A DNA stretch of 64,000 nucleotides from a virus: positions 1 through 64,000 of the IMG/VR virus record IMGVR_UViG_3300018080_008375. One strand, 5' to 3'. The notes under the pieces were generated by a model. The model did no database searches, was not told the DNA's origin, and saw only the letters and a list, made by a program, of their open reading frames with translations. A program made the translations under genes and the position numbers. Shown here one piece after another: positions 54,863 through 64,000 of the stretch; the stretch's first letter is position 1; each line of letters begins with the position of its first letter.

Positions 54863-55471
54863 ATGGCACGCGAAAAACACACGAAATGCGACAGGTGCGA
54901 CAGGTGCGGGTTCGGCCTGGAGGACGGTCGGTCCGTACAGTGGTTCAGTAAGGACGGCTCGCTGATAGAGACGGTGTGCGAGGAGTGCGATTCGGACGAG
55001 AGGAAGCTGGAGTACCGCAAGACCGGTCGCATCACCAGCAGGCTGCATTTGGACGCCGTCGTAAGGCGCGGCATAACCAGGGAAAACTGCCGCATCGACA
55101 GGACTTACCAGGCTGTGCTGGACGACATGGAGAAGGTTGGGGAGGTCGCCAAAGGCTTCAACAAGAATGTGTGGCTGTCCGGCCTGCGGAAAAGGTACAT
55201 GGATGCCAAGGAGAACGGGCACAGCGCCAAGGCGGGCACCACGAAGTTCATGGTGTTCTGTATGGCTGGCAGGATACTGCTGACATTCGAGCGCGAGGGA
55301 GGGGACTACCTGACGCTCATAACGTCCGACGAGGAGCCGCCGCGCGGTCTGGGGGTGCAGGGCATCGGATGCCGCGAGTATGTTGCCAGGGACATGATTT
55401 GTGATGTGTCCGTGGCATGGGAGGTTGGAAAGTTGGATTTTAAGCCTGATTCTGAGGTCAGTCTTATCTGA
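54863..55471 (+). CDS. hypothetical protein
   Basis: CDRC...VCEEC. Confidence 0.6.
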   Translation: MAREKHTKCDRCDRCGFGLEDGRSVQWFSKDGSLIETVCEECDSDERKLEYRKTGRITSRLHLDAVVRRGITRENCRIDRTYQAVLDDMEKVGEVAKGFNKNVWLSGLRKRYMDAKENGHSAKAGTTKFMVFCMAGRILLTFEREGGDYLTLITSDEEPPRGLGVQGIGCREYVARDMICDVSVAWEVGKLDFKPDSEVSLI

Positions 55472-55785
55472 TGGGCAAATCCTGGGCGGATGCCGCCATT
55501 GATAAACTGGCTGGCGGCGAATCGGCGGATATCAGGCCGCATGGTAATTCCATGAAGGGAAAGGTCGAGAGCGGGCAGCAGGTAACGGTATCCCCGTGCG
55601 ACGAGAGCGGGCTGGCTGCCGGCGACATGGTGCTCGTGCGCGTGAAGGGGCGCGTGTACCTTCATCTTGTCAAAGCCGTTCGCGAAGGCAAGGACGGAAA
55701 AAGGAGGTTTCAGATAGGCAACAATTGCGGTGGTATAAACGGCTGGGTTGGAGCCAAGGCGATCTACGGAAAAATGGAGGGATGA
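55471..55785 (+). CDS. S24/S26 peptidase-like protein
   Basis: GNSM...GD.VL...YLHLV...GNN.G.INGW...IYGK. Confidence 0.7.
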   Translation: MGKSWADAAIDKLAGGESADIRPHGNSMKGKVESGQQVTVSPCDESGLAAGDMVLVRVKGRVYLHLVKAVREGKDGKRRFQIGNNCGGINGWVGAKAIYGKMEG

Positions 55786-55862
55786 TCCATAGGGGTTGGT
55801 GCCGGATACGGTCCGGGAGCCGCTGCGGCGGTTCAGGGGTTCGATTCCCCTTCCCTCCGCCA
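55776..55862 (+). tRNA. Ser-type tRNA body carrying an ACG anticodon, CCA encoded
   Basis: Acceptor GGAGGGA/TCCCTCC-GCCA; CCGGA-TACGG-TCCGG; long arm GAGCCGC/GCGGTTC; T arm AGGGG-TTCGATT-CCCCT. Confidence 0.75.
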
Positions 55863-55871
55863 ATCGGGTCA

Positions 55872-56221
55872 TGATGGTCCGAAAAATGGCCCAAAAGGAA
55901 ACAATAATGCCGTACACGGAAAGGATCAAGAAGATAGCTCGGGCGGCGTACCACGGTCTTATTGACAAGGAGTGCGGTCCCGAATGGCTCATCGAATGCA
56001 TGACCGATCGTTATTGGGACGACATGGTACTTTGGAAAGAGAATGGCGTGGATCCCCCGCCTGACAGGCATGAGGCAATGGTGGCGATAGGATGCATGCT
56101 GCGCGACGGAAGGCTTGTCGCGGACGAGGAAGGAATGCTGTGGGCTCCGGCCTACTATCCCAACACTGTGGCGGATATCCGCAAGCGCAAGAGGCGCCCG
56201 AGGCGCAAATTTGAATGGTGA
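55872..56221 (+). CDS. hypothetical protein
   Basis: ORF following the tRNA; start uncertain. Confidence 0.5.
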
Positions 56222-56224
56222 TTC

Positions 56225-56755
56225 ATGGAATGGTTTACTTCTGATACGCATTTCGGTGCTCAGCGTACGCTGGAGCTGAGCAGGCGACCCTTCGATTCCG
56301 TGGCGTGCATGGACTGGACCATCGTGCGGAACTGGAACAGTATTGTGGGGCGCTCGGATACGGTCTATCATCTCGGAGATTTTGGCAACTGGTCCATGCT
56401 GGGCTATCTCAACGGCAACATTATCCTTCTTCCAGGAAATTATGACGAGCCGATAGACGTATACCGGTCCGGAGTCAGGACGATCAAGAGCGGTCATGTC
56501 CAGTGGTTCAACGACGTGCGGCTCAAGATGGTGCATGATCCGCTGTCGGCCAAAAAGAGTCTGCCGGAGCAGTCGACGATGGATGAGGACCCGTTCTATC
56601 TGTTCGGTCACATACACAAGCTGCAAATGGTGAAGGAGAACGGTCTCAACGTGGGCGTGGACTGTCACAACTTCTGCCCCATAGACTTGGATACGGTACT
56701 GTTTTATCGCAATGCCATCATCAATCATTACGACGAGAACGTGTTTTGCCCATGA
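56225..56755 (+). CDS. calcineurin-like metallophosphoesterase
   Basis: FTSDTHFG, HLGDF, GNYD, GHIH and NVGVD. Confidence 0.9.
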   Translation: MEWFTSDTHFGAQRTLELSRRPFDSVACMDWTIVRNWNSIVGRSDTVYHLGDFGNWSMLGYLNGNIILLPGNYDEPIDVYRSGVRTIKSGHVQWFNDVRLKMVHDPLSAKKSLPEQSTMDEDPFYLFGHIHKLQMVKENGLNVGVDCHNFCPIDLDTVLFYRNAIINHYDENVFCP

Positions 56756-57615
56756 GAAATGCGACAGTGAAGATCATGAAGTTTCTGGTTGTCCTGGCTG
56801 TGCTCCTGTATTCCGTGAGCGCATCGGCGGAATTCACGCCGTTCTTTTTCATACAGCTGTCGGATCCGCAGTTTGGATGCCACGGCAAATCCCTGGAGAA
56901 GGAGACGAGAAACGCCGAGCTGGTCGTCAAGGTCATGAACAAGCTCGGACCTAGGTTTGTCGTTATCACCGGCGACCTCGTCCACGCTTTTCCTGGCCAC
57001 AAAGGGAGGAAGGAGCAGGTCAGGCGCTTCTGGAAGGTGTTCTCCAAGCTTGAGCGCCCGCTGTACCTGGTGCCCGGCAACCACGATGTCGGAAACTATC
57101 CCACGGCGCGGAGCATAGCGCAGTACAAGCGCGAGTTCAGGACCAAGGACAGGTACGTTTTCACGGAGAGCGGCGTGAAGTTCATGGCGCTCAACTCAAG
57201 CCTCATATGGATGAACAGGGGCGCTGAGTCCAAGAGGCACGAGAGGTGGATGAAGAAGAACATCGACGATGTGCGGCTGGTATTCCAGCACCACCAATGG
57301 TTCATCTATAGTCCGCACGAAAAGAATGGGTATTTCAATCTGCCCAAAAGAAAGAGGTGTTGGCTGCGGGTTTTCGGCAATGCCGGCGTTGATGCCGTTC
57401 TGGCAGGTCATTTTCATCACAACATAGCACAGACCATTGACCATACATGGGTGATATCAACATCGTCTTTGTCGTGCCCTCTGAAGCGGCGCGGTCTGGA
57501 CAGCAAGAGGAGAGTGTACAAGCCCGGTTTCAGGGTTGTGACTGTGCGCCGTGACGGCATGGAGCACATGTTCTACGATCTGTGGAACTATCCGGAGGAA
57601 AGTGATTTCATATGA
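56752..57615 (+). CDS. secreted metallophosphoesterase (CPPED1-like)
   Basis: Signal peptide; SDPQFG, TGDLV, PGNHD and AGHFH. Confidence 0.88.
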   Translation: MRNATVKIMKFLVVLAVLLYSVSASAEFTPFFFIQLSDPQFGCHGKSLEKETRNAELVVKVMNKLGPRFVVITGDLVHAFPGHKGRKEQVRRFWKVFSKLERPLYLVPGNHDVGNYPTARSIAQYKREFRTKDRYVFTESGVKFMALNSSLIWMNRGAESKRHERWMKKNIDDVRLVFQHHQWFIYSPHEKNGYFNLPKRKRCWLRVFGNAGVDAVLAGHFHHNIAQTIDHTWVISTSSLSCPLKRRGLDSKRRVYKPGFRVVTVRRDGMEHMFYDLWNYPEESDFI

Positions 57616-58070
57616 GTGATATCAAGAGAATGTGCGTCGGATTTGCGTTTGACAAGGAAACGCACGATCGAGTCCTAATGATTAGGAAAAACAGACCAGA
57701 ATGGCAGAAGGGCAAGCTCAATGGAGTGGGCGGGCATATAGAGGATGGGGAGAAGGAGCATGATGCTATGGCGCGCGAGTTTATGGAGGAGACCGGCTTG
57801 TCCGTGCCCGCTGAAAATTGGCAGCTTTTTGTCACCATGGCGGGAAAAGGGTGGGTCCTGTACACCTTCTGTGCTGAAATCAGCTATAAGAATATGCTGG
57901 GTGCTAGGACGACGACAGACGAGGGGGTTGATGTGTGGCTTCTGGAAAGCCTTTTGTTGGGTGGAACAGCTCGGGAGTGTGTACCGAACTCGGCATGGTT
58001 ATTGCCTATGGCGCGCGACTTCCTGACTAACAAATACGGTCCCATGTATGCCAGGGTGTATTATGGATGA
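57612..58070 (+). CDS. NUDIX hydrolase
   Basis: KNRPEWQKGKLNGVGGHIE...AMAREFMEETG. Confidence 0.88.
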   Translation: MSDIKRMCVGFAFDKETHDRVLMIRKNRPEWQKGKLNGVGGHIEDGEKEHDAMAREFMEETGLSVPAENWQLFVTMAGKGWVLYTFCAEISYKNMLGARTTTDEGVDVWLLESLLLGGTARECVPNSAWLLPMARDFLTNKYGPMYARVYYG

Positions 58071-58341
58071 AAAAAAGATGCGAAAATGGAGCGAAATCAG
58101 GAAGTCGATAGCTGAGGCGGAACGGCAGGGGTTGTACGAGCTTTCTGAGCACGCCACATGTGACTTGGATATATGGGACCGGGAGTTCGTATGCTCCATA
58201 TGCGGAAAGCCCTTGGTTTCAGATAAGCACAATCCGTTCTGCTCCGAGAGATGCCGGATGGTGGACCTTTACAACTGGCTCAACGACGAATACTCCTTGC
58301 CTGTCGCAGAGCACAAGGAATGGAGCGGAGAGGATGTCTGA
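58063..58341 (+). CDS. yacG: YacG-like DNA gyrase inhibitor (N-terminally extended)
   Basis: CSICGKP...PFCSERCRMVDLYNWLNDEYSLP matches the YacG signature CxxC..PFCSxRCxxxDLxxW..EY. Confidence 0.8.
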   Translation: MDEKKMRKWSEIRKSIAEAERQGLYELSEHATCDLDIWDREFVCSICGKPLVSDKHNPFCSERCRMVDLYNWLNDEYSLPVAEHKEWSGEDV

Positions 58342-58699
58342 CGCCAAATGTCCGGATTGCTGGAAAAGCGCGGTCGTCACCAGCACGGTTGACCGCCTGC
58401 AGAAGCAGCTCAAGCTTCTGGCGGACAGGGGATACGGCGACCGCGACCGCCTGTTCCGCAAAATGGTCGAGGAGTTCGGAGAATACGCGGAGGCAATAGA
58501 GTACTACAACGGATCCACCAGGAAAAAGAAGAAGCTAGGGGGCCTGGATCCGGTGGCGAAGCTGCGCGAGGAGGTGGCGGACATGCTGATGATCACCTTG
58601 GCGCTCGCCAAGGTTGAGGGCATGGACATCGTCAGGGCGTGCGACATGGCGGCGTCAAAGCTGGAGCAGCGGACGAAGGAGCACAATGAGCGCAAGTAG
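58334..58699 (+). CDS. MazG-like NTP pyrophosphohydrolase
   Basis: KMVEEFGEYAEAI...LREEVADML. Confidence 0.85.
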   Translation: MSDAKCPDCWKSAVVTSTVDRLQKQLKLLADRGYGDRDRLFRKMVEEFGEYAEAIEYYNGSTRKKKKLGGLDPVAKLREEVADMLMITLALAKVEGMDIVRACDMAASKLEQRTKEHNERK

Positions 58700-59918
58700 C
58701 AAGAGGTTCGTCAGCCTGTTTTCGGGAGCCGGAGGCCTGGACCTGGGCTTCATGGCCGAGGGGTGGTCCCCGGTGATGATGGTTGACAACTGGGATCCTG
58801 CGGTGCGGACGCTGGAGGCCAACCATTCGAAGGCGCTCGTGGTGAACTGGGACCTGGCGACTGTGTCTGGGAGCCTGATCAAGGACGCCGCGGAGAGCCA
58901 GGGGGTCGGGTTTTACGAGGTCGATTGCGTAATGGGCGGGCCGCCGTGCCAGCCATTCTCCCGCCTCAACCAGAACCAGCTGTTCGATGGCGGGGAAAAC
59001 ACGGAAACGAACATGAACGATCCGAGGCGCAGCCTGTTCATGTCTTTCATCAGGATTGTCAGGCTGATCAAGCCGAAGTTCGTCGTGATGGAGAATGTGT
59101 TTGACCTCGCCAACCGAAGGCTGGGAGGAAGCGGGCCGGAGAAGGACCGCATGATCGTCGGAGTGATAGCCGAGCAGTTCGAAAACGCCGGATACAATGT
59201 CTCGTTCGGGGTTCTCATAGCCGCGCAGTACGACGTTCCCCAAATGCGCAAGAGGCTGGTTTTCATCGGTGCGCGCAAGAACCTTGGAGTGACGCCGTCA
59301 ATGCCGGAACCTGTGACGCTAAGGACATCGGTGGCGACGGAGTTTTCCAGAATACAGCCACATCACCCGAATCAGGACAGAAAAAAGCATACGAAAACAT
59401 GGGTTGAGCGGGCGCGGCATGTTCCGAAAGGCGGGTACTACAATGATCTGCCGCTTGAGCACAAGGTACTGAAGCCGGTCGACCTGGATTTTGTCGGCTC
59501 CTATGACGGTCAGGCGCGGCACTACGCTATCAGTCGCAAAGACGGGTCATGGGACGAGTTCAAGTGGGACCTCCGCAGGGAGATTGCCGTGTTCTCCGGC
59601 AGGTACGAGGGGTGGGAGCTGGGCATGGCGCAGCTTGAGTGCGACACGGATGGATGCCAGATATACCGGGTGATGCCGCGCATGGGGACGTACCTGCGGC
59701 GCATCAGGTGGGGTATTTCCCATACGGTCACGCGCAATCCCCTGATCCACCCCGACGAGCATCGGGAGATCACCGTGCGGGAGAAGGCAGCCATACAGAC
59801 GTTTCCACCTGAATACGAGTTCGTTGGCAAGCTCCAGGACCAGCATGTCCTGGTGGGAAATGCGGTTCCAGTCAACCTCGGGCGTTCGATTGCCAGGCAC
59901 GTGGGAGGGATGCTCTGA
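58686..59918 (+). CDS. C5 DNA cytosine methyltransferase
   Basis: SLFSGAGG, GGPPCQPFS, MENV, Q.RKR and VGNAVP. Confidence 0.93.
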   Translation: MSASSKRFVSLFSGAGGLDLGFMAEGWSPVMMVDNWDPAVRTLEANHSKALVVNWDLATVSGSLIKDAAESQGVGFYEVDCVMGGPPCQPFSRLNQNQLFDGGENTETNMNDPRRSLFMSFIRIVRLIKPKFVVMENVFDLANRRLGGSGPEKDRMIVGVIAEQFENAGYNVSFGVLIAAQYDVPQMRKRLVFIGARKNLGVTPSMPEPVTLRTSVATEFSRIQPHHPNQDRKKHTKTWVERARHVPKGGYYNDLPLEHKVLKPVDLDFVGSYDGQARHYAISRKDGSWDEFKWDLRREIAVFSGRYEGWELGMAQLECDTDGCQIYRVMPRMGTYLRRIRWGISHTVTRNPLIHPDEHREITVREKAAIQTFPPEYEFVGKLQDQHVLVGNAVPVNLGRSIARHVGGML

Positions 59919-60814
59919 TGTATGAAACGACAAACCTTCTTGTGCGGCTGTGTAACATAGCGGATGAGGGTCGCAGGATGCCGTCGGCCAACATGTCACT
60001 TCCCCTATTCAGAAGGGGAGAGAGTCTTGAAAAAGAACTGGGGAGATTGTCCGTCCGCCCGGAGCGTCCGGACTACGATCCGGTTGCCTACATATCCGAA
60101 AACTCCAGTCCAATAGACCTGATATGCTCCGGATCAGACGCGGAGGAGATGAAGGCTCTGCGTGGCAGCCCGAGAATGATAGCGTGGAACAGCAGCCATA
60201 TCGTCCCGATGGTTGGTCTGGACTACCCAAGCCTTACGAAGCGTGCGGCGGAGTCGTGCTCGGAATGGCCAAAGCCGTTTCTGATAAACTCTTTGGAAGG
60301 CGGGGTTCTGTGGTCCGTGTACGGGGAGACGTTTCTGGCCGCCTCCAGGTCGGACGCAGTGCCGGTGTCGATGGTGAAGAGGGCGCTGGAGAAGCTCATC
60401 AGGCAGCATGGACTGGAGGCTATCAGGCGCGAGATTGTTTCGAAATGCGGTGCTGGCGCATGGGAGTCCTACAGGAAAGACATTTTCCTGCTGCCGAAAA
60501 AGAATACCCTCGGGGAGCTTGCGCGCTTTTCCGCGGGCGGCAGCACCAGGGTGAGGATGCGCGCCATGACCGAGGAAGAGTCCATGTCCAGCAGGTTTGC
60601 CGGCAAGTTTAAAAAGATGTTCGGCATGAAGGGCGGATGGCTGGCATGCGCAATGGTTCCGGAAAGGATATATTCCATGTATCCGCAGAAGGACAAGGAG
60701 CGCCTAGTTTCCTATATCGACCGCAGGGGTGTGCGATTCAGGTGGTGTCGCATCAGGGGAAAGATACATGCGGCCATCGCCGTTTTGGGGAGTTGTAAAG
60801 GAGAGTGCGCATGA
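59918..60814 (+). CDS. hypothetical protein
   Basis: 298-aa ORF between the two methyltransferases; TGATG overlap. Confidence 0.65.
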   Translation: MYETTNLLVRLCNIADEGRRMPSANMSLPLFRRGESLEKELGRLSVRPERPDYDPVAYISENSSPIDLICSGSDAEEMKALRGSPRMIAWNSSHIVPMVGLDYPSLTKRAAESCSEWPKPFLINSLEGGVLWSVYGETFLAASRSDAVPVSMVKRALEKLIRQHGLEAIRREIVSKCGAGAWESYRKDIFLLPKKNTLGELARFSAGGSTRVRMRAMTEEESMSSRFAGKFKKMFGMKGGWLACAMVPERIYSMYPQKDKERLVSYIDRRGVRFRWCRIRGKIHAAIAVLGSCKGECA

Positions 60815-61796
60815 GGATAGTTTCCTTGTTTTCCGGATGCGGCGGTCTGGATTTGGGATTCAAGCGCGCCGGCTTCAAGATCGTCTGGGCAAACGAGTTC
60901 GACAGGTCGATCATACCCACCTTCAGGAAGCAGTTTTCGAAAACGGAACTCGATTCCAGGAGCATATCGGATATAGATATTTCCGACATTCCCGATGCTG
61001 ACGGGATAGTCGGAGGTCCTCCATGCCAGTCCTGGAGCGAGTTCGGGTCAAAGCGCGGCATCGACGACGATAGGGGAAAGCTGTTCCTGAGGTATGTAGA
61101 TATCATAGAAGAGAAGAGACCGAAATTTTTCCTGGCGGAGAACGTTTCCGGAATACTTGCCAAGAGGCATTACGATGCGCTGGACAGGATACTCGCCAGC
61201 CTGTCCTCGGAATACGAGGTTCGGATGGAACTTCTGAACGCCGCGGATTTCGGCGTGCCGCAGGACAGGGAGCGCGTCATTTTCATCGGATACAGGCGCG
61301 ACCTGAAAAGGGCGTTCGACTTCTCCGGAGTCAGGAGGACCAAGAGGACGACCCTGCGCGACGCCATCTGGGACCTGCGCAAGTCGGCTGTGCCGGCTGC
61401 CGTTGTCGGCGGGCGGAGGAATCGCGCAAACGCGTCGTTGGCGGTTCCCAATCACGAATACTTCAAGGGCACGTACTCGCCGCACTACATGTCGCGCAAC
61501 CGTGTGCGCGGATGGGACGAGCGCTCCTTCACGATCCAAGCGGGGGCGCGCCACGCCCCTATGCATCCGCAGGCCCCAAAGATGGTCAGCGTCGGAAAGG
61601 ACAAGTTTGCGTTCGACGGCGACGAATCGCTGTACCGCAGGCTTTCCGTGAGGGAATGCGCCAGGGTGCAGACGTTTCCGGACAGTTTTGTGTTTGTTTA
61701 CGATGATGTCGCATGCGGGTACAAGATGGTTGGGAATGCCGTCCCAGTTAGGATGGCCAAGGCTCTTGCGGGGGCGATAAAGAGGGATTTTTCCTG

Positions 61797-61797
<1 letters not shown>
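60811..61797 (+). CDS. C5 DNA cytosine methyltransferase, M.HaeIII-like
   Basis: GGPPCQSWSE.GS.RGIDD.RGKLF, MSRNRVR.W.E..FTIQA and HPQAPKM recall the HaeIII-type (GGCC) family. Confidence 0.9.

Positions 61798-64000
<2,203 letters not shown>

Overview
This window looks like part of a large (jumbo-type) bacteriophage genome. Genes are short, tightly packed and almost all on the + strand, and the sequence is GC-rich. The first ~39 kb is a dispersed tRNA array. I read 35 tRNA genes by eye (34 in the array, one isolated at 55.8 kb), nearly all one per anticodon and mostly without an encoded CCA. The array also holds a tmRNA, three further tRNA-like elements and several multi-stem non-coding RNA candidates sitting next to tRNAs, interleaved with HNH and PD-(D/E)XK homing endonucleases and small hypothetical genes. 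From ~32 kb onward come translation and ribosome-rescue genes (EF-Ts, class I release factor, Pth2, Thg1-like, YqeY, S41 protease) and nucleotide/DNA genes (NUDIX, dCMP deaminase, ThyX, UDG, RNase HII, MazG, two C5 methyltransferases, a YacG-like protein, partial GyrB). Five observations stand out. (1) An RF1-type (PxT) release factor is expressed only through an RF2-style AGGAGG-TCT-CTT-TGA-C +1 frameshift. (2) Three different non-canonical RNAs carry an ACG anticodon: one lacks a D-arm, one has a large D-loop insertion and one has a Ser-type body. (3) tRNA-Asn has a 51-nt insertion in its anticodon. (4) EF-Ts ends in a predicted transmembrane anchor. (5) Unexplained structured RNAs are punctuated by tRNAs. 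All calls come from manual reading and motif recall; no searches or folding programs were run.
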